In this document: piece after piece, positions 36,131 to 45,434 of the stretch
How positions within the stretch are numbered: the stretch's first letter is position 1
Layout: every line of letters starts with the position of its first letter
DNA from: an archaeon
GTDB taxonomy: Archaea > Micrarchaeota > Micrarchaeia > Micrarchaeales > CABMGC01
Length of the DNA stretch: 50,312 nt
Direction of reading: 5' to 3'
NCBI GenBank assembly: GCA_039793645.1
Contig: JBAMLI010000048.1
Location: 1 to 50,312, forward strand
The notes under the pieces: generated by a model
Seen by the model: the letters and a program-made list of their open reading frames with translations, nothing else
What the model was told of the DNA's origin: nothing
Databases searched by the model: none
Translations under genes and position numbers: made by a program

Positions 36131-37960
36131 TCACTCCTTCAGCTTTATCTTAGGAAATACGTGCAATGACTTTATCTCATCAAGCAGGAGCTTGAATGCA
36201 TAGCTTATCTCTACTTCTTCTAGCTTGTTGCTTCCGCATATTGGGCATACATCCACTTTCTTGATGTAATCATGATAGCCTATATTCCCGCACTCCTTGC
36301 ATACAAGCACCTTTGTCTTGTCGCTCTGATAAAAGAGCCTTTCTTTGAGCAAGAGGCTTGCGCCATAGCCTACAAGTACATCTCGCTCCATCTCTCCGAA
36401 CCTCAGACCGCCCTGCCTTGCCTTTCCCTCTGTAGGCTGATGCGTCAATATCTGCACAGGCCCTCTGCTTCTTACCTGCAGCTTGTTGCTTACCATGTGG
36501 TAGAGCCTGTTGTAGTATGCTATGCCCGTAAAGATCTCTGATTTGAACGGCTCGCCTGTTATCCCATCATAAAGAATCTCTTCGCCATACCTTGCAAACC
36601 CATGCTGCTCCACTATCTTTGCATACTCCTCTATCCTGTCCTTGCCTTTTTCTGCAAAAGGCGTGCCGTCTATCTGCCTGCCTGAAAGGGCAGAAGCCTT
36701 GCCTGCAAGCTCTTCTAGCAGATGCCCAAATGTAAGCCTTGAAGGTATACTATGAGGGTTCAGCAAAAGGTCAGGAATAATACCATCCTTTGTGAAAGGC
36801 ATATCCTCCGGCGGCACGATTAAAGCCACGACTCCTTTCTGGCCGTGCCTGCTTGCAAACTTGTCGCCTTTCTCCGGTATTCTAAGGCTCCTTATCCTCA
36901 CCTTTACTATCTTTGTTGCGCCTGTAGTCTCTGAAATCATGACGCTGTCTACAACCCCCCATTCACCTGCTTTGAGGGCTGTAGAATCATCCCTTATCTT
37001 CTCTTCAAGCCCAGTAGCACCTATATTCTCTTCCAAGAATCTAGGCGGCGCCACCTTGCCAATAAGCACATCCCCTTCGTCAACTTTTGTCTCAGGCTCT
37101 ATGAATCCGTCATCGCTGAGCTTTGAATAGGCACTCTCTCCCAAATAGCCCTCTGCTGTTGGCGGAGGAATCCTAAATGTATCCCTTTGCCCGCCAGGAT
37201 ACCTCCTCTCTTCATCGCTGTATGTCTTGTAGAACATGCTTCTTCCAAGCCCCCTGTCGACTGCCGCCTTGTTTATCACTACAGCATCTGCCATGTTGTA
37301 GCCGTAGTATGTTGTAAGGGCGACTACAAAATTCTGCCCGCTTGGATGGGTCTCTATCTTTGCCGCCTTGTATGGCACAGTTGTTACAAGAGGGACCTGA
37401 GGGTAAAACAGTATGTAAGACCTCGAATCAAACCTAAGGTTAAAGTTTGATGCATAAAGGCCTTCGCTCTGCTTGATAAAGTTTGCGCTCATTGCATGCC
37501 TAGCTGCGCTGTTGTGCTCTTGATAAGGGCTTGAGCCAAGCGTGAAGCCGAATATGGAATCAATATCAACCTCAAGGTGGGTGGTATTCTCATTTATCTG
37601 GCTTTCATCTAGAGCTACGAGCGCATTCTCTTCCTCTTCTGCATCGAGATATTCTATTATCCCGTGCCTCAAAAGGTAGTTGAAGTCTATCTCTTTTTTC
37701 TTGAGTTTTTCAGCTATCTCTGGAGTGAACTTTGATTTCCCGTTTTCTACAATTATATAAGGCTTCCTCACCCTGCCGACATCTGTATTTACATGCACTA
37801 CGTTCTCTTTCTTTATGTAAGCTATATTTACTTCGCCAGAAATAAGGCCCCTCCTCCTTGCAGACCTCACTTCATTTACGTACTTCTCCCCGTCCTCTAC
37901 GTAGCCTATCACCCTTCCGTTCAAATAAACATAGCATTTATCATTTATCTTCTTAGCCAA
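36131..37960 (-). CDS. rpoB1: DNA-directed RNA polymerase subunit B' (C-terminal part of split B)
   Basis: GDKFASRHGQKGV, GGLRFGEMERD, C-terminal Zn ribbon CKECG...CPICG. TTG start preceded by AGGTGAT. Confidence 0.95.
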   Translation of the reverse strand: MAKKINDKCYVYLNGRVIGYVEDGEKYVNEVRSARRRGLISGEVNIAYIKKENVVHVNTDVGRVRKPYIIVENGKSKFTPEIAEKLKKKEIDFNYLLRHGIIEYLDAEEEENALVALDESQINENTTHLEVDIDSIFGFTLGSSPYQEHNSAARHAMSANFIKQSEGLYASNFNLRFDSRSYILFYPQVPLVTTVPYKAAKIETHPSGQNFVVALTTYYGYNMADAVVINKAAVDRGLGRSMFYKTYSDEERRYPGGQRDTFRIPPPTAEGYLGESAYSKLSDDGFIEPETKVDEGDVLIGKVAPPRFLEENIGATGLEEKIRDDSTALKAGEWGVVDSVMISETTGATKIVKVRIRSLRIPEKGDKFASRHGQKGVVALIVPPEDMPFTKDGIIPDLLLNPHSIPSRLTFGHLLEELAGKASALSGRQIDGTPFAEKGKDRIEEYAKIVEQHGFARYGEEILYDGITGEPFKSEIFTGIAYYNRLYHMVSNKLQVRSRGPVQILTHQPTEGKARQGGLRFGEMERDVLVGYGASLLLKERLFYQSDKTKVLVCKECGNIGYHDYIKKVDVCPICGSNKLEEVEISYAFKLLLDEIKSLHVFPKIKLKE

Positions 37961-37964
37961 GCGA

Positions 37965-39437
37965 TCACCTATCCTTCTTCAATCCAAGCTCTGCAAGCTT
38001 CTCTTCTGTAAACTTCTCATCGGCCCCTGTTGTAACTTTGGCCATCATCGCGAGGTATTTTGTCAAGCCCACCTCCTGGCCTTCTGGGGATTCTGAAGGG
38101 CAGATTTTGCCCCACTGGGTGCCATGCACATCTCTGGCCTTAAAGTGCGGGTGCTTCTTCGCCAAAGGTGACTTCACCCTCCTCAAGTGGGCGTATGTGC
38201 TCATCATATTTGTCCTGTCCAACACCTGCGAGACTCCTGTCTGGCCTGCAACCCAGGTGCCTGTGCCCATCGCATACAGAATCTTGGATGTAAGGGTATC
38301 TGAGCTCACTATGGTCTGTATGCTCATCTTCCTGCCACGTGCGCTTGTCCTTTCTATCTGGTATTTGATATCCTTTACAAAGAACTTGAAAGCATACGCA
38401 AACAATTCCTCCATCAGCTCGCCGGCAAGCTTAAGCCTCTTGTTTGCATAATGGTCCTTATCATCCTGCTTTATGTATTTGTTAGCCACAAGTGATGCCC
38501 TCTTTGCCGCTTCTATTATAAACTTTGCCTTTTCTTCCCTTTCGTTAGGGGATATGCCTATGTGCGGCAAAAGGTACGTATCAAGGATTGTCTCTGCACG
38601 CTTTTTCTGGTAATCTTCAGCCTGCCCAGGCGCTGCAAGCTTGCCTATTGCAAGAAGCGCTTCAGAAGGGCCCATATCCTTGGCGTCGCTCATTTCTATG
38701 TTGAAAATAAAATCATTTTTAACAGCTTGAATGGAGCCAGCATACTCAAGCACTTTGTTCATGGTGAGACCAAGCGCCCTTACCAAAAGAATTAGGTCTG
38801 TATTCTTAGGCCCATTTGGGAAATTTACGCTAAACATGCCGCGCTGGTTCCTTGTTATTGCGCACCTAGCCCTAAATGTGCCTACTGTTGAAAAGATCTT
38901 GCTTGTCGTTTCTAAGCCACCTTTCTCTTTTGTTGTGATAATCCTGTTTGGAGCTAAATCTTCAAGGCCTATAAGGACCCTCTCTGTGCCTTTTATAATG
39001 AAATACCCGCCTGGATCTTCAGGGTCCTCCCCGCTTTTGATTAGTTGCTCTCTTGGCATGTTCATTGTATGGCACAAGCTGCTTCCTACCATGATTGGAA
39101 GTTCGCCTATGAAAACCTCTCCATAAGAGGCCTCCTTCTCTATGCCTCTTATGACAGGTATGAATTCCAGAAATATAGGTGCGGCATATGTAAGGTTTCT
39201 AAGCCTTGCCTCATTGGGCAGTATGCTCCTTCTTGAGCTATCTGCTTCTATTATGGAAGGCTTTTCCAATCTGACTCTGCCTAGCTTGAGCGAAAAATCT
39301 TCTATGTTGGGCTGTATGGAGCCTTGCTTAGAAATTACCCTCTGCACGCCAAACTCAAGGAATCTATTAAAGCTGTCTATCTGCTGCTGGACTAGAGAGA
39401 CTGAACTCAGATATGCTTCCAAAATTTCGTTAGCCAT
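37965..39437 (-). CDS. rpoB2: DNA-directed RNA polymerase subunit B'' (N-terminal part of split B)
   Basis: QQQIDSFNRFLE..., RRVKSPLAKKHPHFKARDVHGTQWGKICPSESPEG. 490 aa. Confidence 0.95.
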   Translation of the reverse strand: MANEILEAYLSSVSLVQQQIDSFNRFLEFGVQRVISKQGSIQPNIEDFSLKLGRVRLEKPSIIEADSSRRSILPNEARLRNLTYAAPIFLEFIPVIRGIEKEASYGEVFIGELPIMVGSSLCHTMNMPREQLIKSGEDPEDPGGYFIIKGTERVLIGLEDLAPNRIITTKEKGGLETTSKIFSTVGTFRARCAITRNQRGMFSVNFPNGPKNTDLILLVRALGLTMNKVLEYAGSIQAVKNDFIFNIEMSDAKDMGPSEALLAIGKLAAPGQAEDYQKKRAETILDTYLLPHIGISPNEREEKAKFIIEAAKRASLVANKYIKQDDKDHYANKRLKLAGELMEELFAYAFKFFVKDIKYQIERTSARGRKMSIQTIVSSDTLTSKILYAMGTGTWVAGQTGVSQVLDRTNMMSTYAHLRRVKSPLAKKHPHFKARDVHGTQWGKICPSESPEGQEVGLTKYLAMMAKVTTGADEKFTEEKLAELGLKKDR

Positions 39438-39440
39438 GAA

Positions 39441-39704
39441 TCAACCCTTTATGACAAGCCTGTAGTAGAAGTATTTGTTTTTGGCTTGAAAGGGTGGATC
39501 TTCTCTGTATATTTTGATTATCTGGCCGGGCTTAGCCCCAAGCTTCTTTGCTTGAGGATCGCTTTCGAATATCTTTGGGAGCTCTTCCTTGCTTTTTAAG
39601 TGGAGCTCTTCCAAAACTTTCTTCGCCTCTGCGTCTGTAAGCAGCACATGAAGGGGGACTAACACATGTTCTGTATCCTCTTTTTTCGTCGCCAAAGCAT
39701 CCAC
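39441..39704 (-). CDS. rpoH: DNA-directed RNA polymerase subunit H
   Basis: HVLVPLHVLLTDAEAKKVLEE...LPKIFESDPQAK..GAKPGQIIKI. First gene of the rpoH-B-A operon. GTG start. Confidence 0.88.
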   Translation of the reverse strand: MDALATKKEDTEHVLVPLHVLLTDAEAKKVLEELHLKSKEELPKIFESDPQAKKLGAKPGQIIKIYREDPPFQAKNKYFYYRLVIKG

Positions 39705-39808
39705 CTAAAATAAGCTCTCGCTAAGAATACACATACAGGCTTTATTTATATTAAACAAAAACATTTATAAACGTTTATATCAAATTCTGCACTTCCTTTT
39801 ATTCCTTT

Positions 39809-40588
39809 TTAACTGTAGTTTATGTAATAATCTTTATCTTCTTCGCTGCTTTTATCCCCCTGCCTAGCTGAATTCTTAAGGGCTTCATCCCTTTCTTTTT
39901 GGGCTTCTGCCTCGACCTCTTGGCGGAGCTGCCTTGCTCTGGATATCATATTTTGGAGGAATTCGGCCCTATCAATATGCTTGTCCTCATTCCTCTCCTT
40001 AAGCTTCTTTGCCACTAATTCGGAGTAGTCTAGGATATCGCCTATCTTAAGGCTTGAAAATAGCCTGTCAAATTCAACAGCCATCAGCAAATCTTCCATA
40101 AAGTTCTTAAGATCTTTGCTTACGTCACCCTCCCAGCTCATCTCTTTTATTATCGAGTCAAGATCTGACCTCAGCCCATCCCTCATCCAGTTTGAGAATA
40201 CATGCAGGGCTTCATAGCTAGAAGCAAAGTCTATGTCTGAAATTTCTTCATCGGTTATGCTAAGAAATGCATTAATGTTGGATATTCTTGCTAATATGTT
40301 GCCCACCACATTCTCGAAGATCGCGTTTGCAATTATGAGTGCTGAAGTCTCTTTCTCTGGAGCTTTGGACTTGAGCATCTCCCTCACTGTCTTTGCGGAA
40401 TCTGGTATGTCGCATTTGCGAATTATCTTCTTCAGAGTCTCTTTGTTTAAGATAGATGAAACAATCTTCTTTGAAGCCTCGTCATAATGAGGGTATGTTA
40501 TTTTTTTCTCTTCAAAAAGAGAAAGCGCTTGTTCAATGATTTTGTCTGAATCATCAGATGCCTCAGAATTCTTTTTTGTGTGGGGCAT
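39809..40588 (-). CDS. hypothetical acidic protein (259 aa) upstream of the RNA polymerase operon
   Basis: ORF with no recognisable motif. I prefer ATG at 40588, because the 72 nt upstream in the track ORF are a TATA-rich promoter-like sequence. Confidence 0.5.
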   Translation of the reverse strand: MPHTKKNSEASDDSDKIIEQALSLFEEKKITYPHYDEASKKIVSSILNKETLKKIIRKCDIPDSAKTVREMLKSKAPEKETSALIIANAIFENVVGNILARISNINAFLSITDEEISDIDFASSYEALHVFSNWMRDGLRSDLDSIIKEMSWEGDVSKDLKNFMEDLLMAVEFDRLFSSLKIGDILDYSELVAKKLKERNEDKHIDRAEFLQNMISRARQLRQEVEAEAQKERDEALKNSARQGDKSSEEDKDYYINYS

Positions 40589-40618
40589 AACGATAACAAC
40601 CAATATTAGAATAATAAG

Positions 40619-40633
40619 ATTTATATATAAATT
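40619..40633 (-). promoter_or_regulatory. TATA-box-like element (AATTTATATATAAAT on the minus strand)
   Basis: Centred about 38 nt upstream of the ATG at 40588, consistent with an archaeal TATA at about -26 and a short leader. Positional argument only. Confidence 0.35.
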
Positions 40634-40763
40634 GCCAAAAATCTGTATCCTTTTATACAAAACTCATTTAAATAGAAAGCAAGTAATTAACATAATTACA
40701 AATGTTTAGCAGAAAGCCTACGAATTTATTCGTGGGAGGATGTCAGATAAATGAAATAAGGTA

Positions 40764-41744
40764 ATGTGCATGCTAGTAATGGGAATAGAGAGCAGCGCCC
40801 ATACTCTTGGGGTTGGGATAGTTAAGGATGGAGATATAATTGCGAATGAGAAAATATCTTACAATGTTGGAAGCAGCGGCATGATACCAGGGAAGGTTGC
40901 TGAGTTTCATGCAGAAAATGTAGAAAAGGTAATTTTGGCTGCATTGGAAAAGGCGGGTGTGGGCATAAAGGAGATAGAGGGCGTTGGCTATACTAGAGGC
41001 CCTGGCATAGGCCCTTGCCTGCAGATTGGAGAGCTTGCTGCAAAGACAATTGCAGAGAGGCTTGGCATACCAATAGCACAGGTAAACCACGGGGTTGCCC
41101 ATATAGAAATTGCAAAGAGGGCTGCTGGGCTTAAAGACCCGCTCGCATTGTATGTGAGTGGTGGAAACTCCCAGATATTGAAGCTAGTGGACAGGCCTTT
41201 TAGGCACTATCATGTGCTCGGAGAAACGCTCGATATAGGGGTAGGCAACATGCTCGACTCCTTTGCCAGGGAGCTCAAGCTCAATCCTGCATGGGGCTCA
41301 AGCGTGGAAAAAGAAGCTAAAGGGGGCAAGTACATAGAATTGCCTTATACAGTAAAGGGTATGGACTTTGCCTTTGCTGGCTTGCTTACAAAAGCCACGG
41401 AGCTCATCGGCAAGGTAAACAAAAATGATTTGTGTTACTCGTTGCAGGAGACTGCATATAGCATGATATGTGAAGCTACTGAGAGGGCCCTTCTTCTCAC
41501 TAAGAGCAAGGAGCTCTGCGTTTGCGGTGGCGTGGCGCAAAGCACAAGGCTAAAGGAGATGCTTGGCTTAATGGCGGAAGAGCATAACATACGCTTTGGT
41601 TTCGCTCCGAACGAATTCAATGCAGACAATGGGGCTATGATAGCTTATGTTGCTGAACGCCTTATCGAAAATGGCCTAAGCAGCAAGCTGGAAGAATGCA
41701 GAATCGAACAGAGGTATAGGATAGAGAAGGCGGTGGTTGTTTGA
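40764..41744 (+). CDS. kae1: tRNA N6-adenosine threonylcarbamoyltransferase Kae1
   Basis: MGIESSAHTLGVGIV, metal-binding VNHGVAHIE, YVSGGNSQI, GGVAQS. The start may be ATG 40764 or 40770. Confidence 0.93.
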   Translation: MCMLVMGIESSAHTLGVGIVKDGDIIANEKISYNVGSSGMIPGKVAEFHAENVEKVILAALEKAGVGIKEIEGVGYTRGPGIGPCLQIGELAAKTIAERLGIPIAQVNHGVAHIEIAKRAAGLKDPLALYVSGGNSQILKLVDRPFRHYHVLGETLDIGVGNMLDSFARELKLNPAWGSSVEKEAKGGKYIELPYTVKGMDFAFAGLLTKATELIGKVNKNDLCYSLQETAYSMICEATERALLLTKSKELCVCGGVAQSTRLKEMLGLMAEEHNIRFGFAPNEFNADNGAMIAYVAERLIENGLSSKLEECRIEQRYRIEKAVVV

Positions 41745-42334
41745 AGCTCATCAGCGAAGGGGCTGAAGCAAAGATATATGTTGAAGATTTGTTTGGGGAG
41801 CGTGTTGTAGTTAAGGAGAGGGTAGAGAAGAAATACAGGGAAAAGGCGCTTGACATCAAGATTAGGAGCGCTAGGACAAAGAATGAGGCAAGGGTTCTTT
41901 ACAGGGCTCTTCGCGCATGCTCGAATGTCCCGAGGCTTATAGGGGTGGGTAGATTTTCAATATACATGAGCTTCATTGACGGAAAACTTCTTAGAGATGT
42001 ACGCATAAAAAGGAGCATAATCGAGGAAGTAGGCATGCTTCTTGCACGCATGCACAATGCAGATATAACGCATGGTGATTTTACCCCTGCAAACATAATG
42101 GTGAGCAATGGCAAAGCCTATGTTATAGATTTTGGCCTTGCAAGTATCAGTAAAAGTATAGAAGAAAAGGCTATAGACGTGCTGCTTATGAAAAGGTCGC
42201 TAGACCAAAGAAGGTACAAGCTGTTTGAGCTCTCTTACATGAAGCATACGAAAGAAGGAAAAAAAGTTTTAGAAAGAGTAAAAGAAATAGAAAAAAGGGG
42301 AAGGTATCAAAACAGAAGCCTTAACACAGTATAG
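41741..42334 (+). CDS. bud32: Bud32/PRPK-type small kinase (KEOPS subunit)
   Basis: LISEGAEAKIY, catalytic HGDFTPANIMV, IDFGLA. The TTG start overlaps the kae1 stop by 4 nt. Confidence 0.85.
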   Translation: MKLISEGAEAKIYVEDLFGERVVVKERVEKKYREKALDIKIRSARTKNEARVLYRALRACSNVPRLIGVGRFSIYMSFIDGKLLRDVRIKRSIIEEVGMLLARMHNADITHGDFTPANIMVSNGKAYVIDFGLASISKSIEEKAIDVLLMKRSLDQRRYKLFELSYMKHTKEGKKVLERVKEIEKRGRYQNRSLNTV

Positions 42335-42343
42335 CTAGAGTTG

Positions 42344-42457
42344 CTACAGCTTGCCTACCCTTCTCTTCTGCATCCTTTTAAGCCTCTTTCTTCTTTTCTT
42401 CACCCATTTCCATCTCATCCTTCCTTTTTTCTTCCATTTTCTAGGTATGCTTCCCAT
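42344..42457 (-). CDS. rpl41e: 50S ribosomal protein L41e (37 aa)
   Basis: Own translation of the minus strand: [37 protein letters not shown]. It matches the archaeal L41e pattern [21 protein letters not shown] from memory. Too short for the supplied ORF track. Confidence 0.72.
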   Translation of the reverse strand: MGSIPRKWKKKGRMRWKWVKKRRKRLKRMQKRRVGKL

Positions 42458-42587
42458 TGAAACACCAAATATGCTAGGATTATGTTAATAGATTATGTTA
42501 ATACATTTTAAATAATTATCTAACCCACAGCAATTGCATTATATTAAGATTTTTATATGTTGAGAGGCAAATTTATTTGGTGCTATA

Positions 42588-43355
42588 ATGCATAAAGGAG
42601 TGCTTGCCTATATAATTGTAGGTATATTTTTATTTGCAGTATTTATTCTATGGTACCTTCATTGGGGCCTGCCTGCAAAACCAACTACAGTCTCAAAGAC
42701 TACTTCAATCACCACAACAGCATCAAGCAACACCACAGTAATCAAAAACACTACAACTATACCAACCACAACAACAATAGTTACGGGCAGCTGCCTTTCT
42801 TCAAATTCTACTGTGCCGTTGTTCAACGGGGACTTTTCGCTGGGCACATATGATGGATGGAATGCGACAGGCTACGGATTTGGAAATGCACCCCTCAACA
42901 TAACATGGGCAAACAATAACAGCTGCTATTTCAACACAACATGGAGCAACTATCAAGGGAACTTCTTTGCTACAACATACCACTGCGGCCTTGTGCTTCA
43001 AACGGGCAACTTGACTTCAAAGCCTTTCAAGGTTGTACTGCCATACTTAAACTTCAAAATTATCTCTCCATACAACGGCCAGCTTTATGTTGAGATCCTC
43101 AAAAATGGCAAGCCTGTGCTGATAACGCATTTCGACACTTACAACGCTCCTGGGAATATAAACCCAACAAGCACTTTCCAGAATGCAAGCATACCTATTG
43201 CTATGTTCATGTGCCAGAATGTTAGCGTGAGAGTAGTTGCAAATGTTGTGGGCACTGTGGTAAACAGGCTTGACTACATTGCTGTAGGGGACTTTTACCA
43301 GAGCATGGTTCCTATAGCCACTCCTGGCATAGTGGTAAACCAAACTATAGTGTAA
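42588..43355 (+). CDS. N-terminally anchored surface protein: TM helix, Thr-rich stalk, jelly-roll-like lectin/CBM-type domain
   Basis: TM helix (LAYIIVGIFLFAVFILWYL), Thr-rich run (TTSITTTASSNTTVIKNTTTIPTTTTIV), NGDFSLGTYDGWNATGYGFGNAP (NGxFE..L.GW-type domain start), and about 11 N-x-S/T sequons. Confidence 0.55.
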   Translation: MHKGVLAYIIVGIFLFAVFILWYLHWGLPAKPTTVSKTTSITTTASSNTTVIKNTTTIPTTTTIVTGSCLSSNSTVPLFNGDFSLGTYDGWNATGYGFGNAPLNITWANNNSCYFNTTWSNYQGNFFATTYHCGLVLQTGNLTSKPFKVVLPYLNFKIISPYNGQLYVEILKNGKPVLITHFDTYNAPGNINPTSTFQNASIPIAMFMCQNVSVRVVANVVGTVVNRLDYIAVGDFYQSMVPIATPGIVVNQTIV

Positions 43356-43358
43356 AGC

Positions 43359-44807
43359 ATGGGGCTTAAGATATACAACACTCTTGGGCGCAGAGTACAA
43401 AATTTCAAGAGCATACATAAAGGAGAGGTTGGATTATATACTTGCGGCCCTACTGTATACTGGTTTGCGCATATAGGGAATATGCGCACATATGTCCAAG
43501 AAGACCTCCTCAAGAGGGTCTTAATCCACAATGGCTACAAAGTAAAGCATGTAATGAATATAACAGATGTAGGCCATCTTGTTGGGGATTCGAGCATTGG
43601 TGAAGATAAGGTGAAGCTGGAAGCGAGGAAAGAGCACAAAAGCGCTTATGATGTTGCAAGATTCTATGAAGAAGCATTTGTCAAAGACATAAAAAGGCTC
43701 AATATAATAATGCCAGATGTAATGCCAAGGGCTACAGAGCACATCGAAGAGATGCTTAAGCTGATAAAAAAGCTTGATGAGAAAGGCTATTTGTATGAAG
43801 TCTCGACAGGAATCTACTACGACACCTCAAAATTCAAAAGGTATGGCGAGCTTACAGGCATGACATTTGAGGAGCTCAACAAGTACCTCAAGGCAGGCGC
43901 AAGGGTTGAGAGGGCTGCTGGGCTTAGAAACATAACAGACTTCGCTGTATGGAGGTTTGCAAAAAAGGGCGAGACGGAAATGGTCTGGGACTCAGAGTGG
44001 GGGAGAGGATTTCCAGGCTGGCACATAGAGTGCAGCGCAATGAGCATGAAGTATCTTGGGGAGCATTTTGACATACATTGCGGTGGCATAGACCACATCC
44101 CAATACACCACACAAACGAGATAGCACAGTCTGAGGCAGCGACAGGAAAGAAGTTTGTGAACTACTGGGTGCATATAGCATTCCTTACAGTAAACAATAT
44201 GAAAATGGCAAAGTCCCTTGGCAATATCTACACAGTCCAAGATATTATAGATAAAGGCTATTCCCCGCTTGCACTCAGATTCTTCCTCCTTTCAAGCCAC
44301 TATAGGAGCCAGCAAAACTTCACATTTGAGGCGCTTGAGAGCGCAGCCAATACGCTCAAATCGATATACAATTTCCTGAGAGCGCTCAACTCTGCGAAAG
44401 AAGAGAAAAAGCCAGAAAAGGAGGCTTTGCAAGAGATAGAAAAGAGGCGCAAAGCTTTCTTTGATGAATTGGACAATGATTTGAATATGCCGAATGCACT
44501 CAAGGAGATGCATGCACTCATAAGCTATGAAAACAGAAGGCTGGGAGAAGGCAAAGTGGGCAAGGAAGAGGCTAAGAAAGCTATAGAGGCGATGCTTGAG
44601 TTCGACACAATACTTGGGCTAGACTTTGCAAAGGAGCTTAAGGAGAGGGAGCTTCCAGAAGAAGTAAAAAAGCTCATAGAAGAAAGGGAGATTGCAAGAA
44701 AGGAGAAGAATTTCGAGAAGGCAGATATGATAAGGAGCGAGATAGAAAAGAGGTTTGGTATAATAATTGAAGATACAAAGGAAGGCGTCAAGTGGAGGTA
44801 TAAGTAG
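43359..44807 (+). CDS. cysS: cysteinyl-tRNA synthetase
   Basis: CGPTVYWFAHIGN (HIGH), WHIECSAM, KMAKSLGN (KMSKS). 482 aa. Confidence 0.96.
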   Translation: MGLKIYNTLGRRVQNFKSIHKGEVGLYTCGPTVYWFAHIGNMRTYVQEDLLKRVLIHNGYKVKHVMNITDVGHLVGDSSIGEDKVKLEARKEHKSAYDVARFYEEAFVKDIKRLNIIMPDVMPRATEHIEEMLKLIKKLDEKGYLYEVSTGIYYDTSKFKRYGELTGMTFEELNKYLKAGARVERAAGLRNITDFAVWRFAKKGETEMVWDSEWGRGFPGWHIECSAMSMKYLGEHFDIHCGGIDHIPIHHTNEIAQSEAATGKKFVNYWVHIAFLTVNNMKMAKSLGNIYTVQDIIDKGYSPLALRFFLLSSHYRSQQNFTFEALESAANTLKSIYNFLRALNSAKEEKKPEKEALQEIEKRRKAFFDELDNDLNMPNALKEMHALISYENRRLGEGKVGKEEAKKAIEAMLEFDTILGLDFAKELKERELPEEVKKLIEEREIARKEKNFEKADMIRSEIEKRFGIIIEDTKEGVKWRYK

Positions 44808-45291
44808 GGTCTTTATTTTCTTCAGGCGCGCCTTCTGTATTTTGCTGCTGCTTAGCTTCTGCTGCTTCGCCTACTGGAGCTTTTTCTAAAGCCCTCCTCC
44901 CGCCACGCTTTTGTTGCTTTTCGAATTTTGCATTTGCAAAAAGCACATCTACGTCATCGACGTTTGGAGCTTCTATCCAAGACTTTATATATGTGGCTAT
45001 ATTCCTCAGGGGCTTTGAATACCTGTCAGTAAAAGAGTAGGCATTATCTTCATGCTTTAGTATGCCGACTGTGACTCCAAAGTCTAAGTACCTCTTCCAA
45101 GTAGCGAGCGGCAATTCCTTGCCACAGTCCTTCAGCCTCAAAGCTCCTTTTTTCTTTACTTCTGTCAAAGCTTTTGCAAACCTATATGCTTTAGTCTCGT
45201 TCTCAAAATAGATCTTTGCGAGTTCCCTCACATTTGGGTTCTTCAGCTTCTCCTTCAAAGGCGCATCTTCAAACTCCCAGTATTTTATCAT
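44788..45291 (-). CDS. hypothetical protein with low-complexity charged C-terminal tail
   Basis: About 167 aa. The globular N-terminal part is possibly winged-helix-like (weak impression only), followed by a tail ...RGGRRALEKAPVGEAAEAKQQQNTEGAPEE. The 3' end overlaps cysS by 20 nt. Divergent from the pilin-like gene. Confidence 0.5.
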   Translation of the reverse strand: MIKYWEFEDAPLKEKLKNPNVRELAKIYFENETKAYRFAKALTEVKKKGALRLKDCGKELPLATWKRYLDFGVTVGILKHEDNAYSFTDRYSKPLRNIATYIKSWIEAPNVDDVDVLFANAKFEKQQKRGGRRALEKAPVGEAAEAKQQQNTEGAPEENKDPTYTST

Positions 45292-45434
45292 CAAAATCCC
45301 TACTGCAAAATTTACTTCATTTTATTTCTATTTATACAATAAAAGCTTTTAATTATAAGAGCTTTGCATAAGAAGGTATGGGAAGTGAGAAAGTAAATGT
45401 TTATTAAATTTTGATTTATAGTTTATCTGATTGC

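Noticed and set aside
33579-39437. Possible inteins or frameshifts in large conserved genes (rpoA', rpoB, and also mcm, rfcS, ileS, topA)
   Set aside because: All are of normal length with contiguous conserved motifs. The rpoA and rpoB splits are the standard archaeal subunit boundaries, not disruptions.
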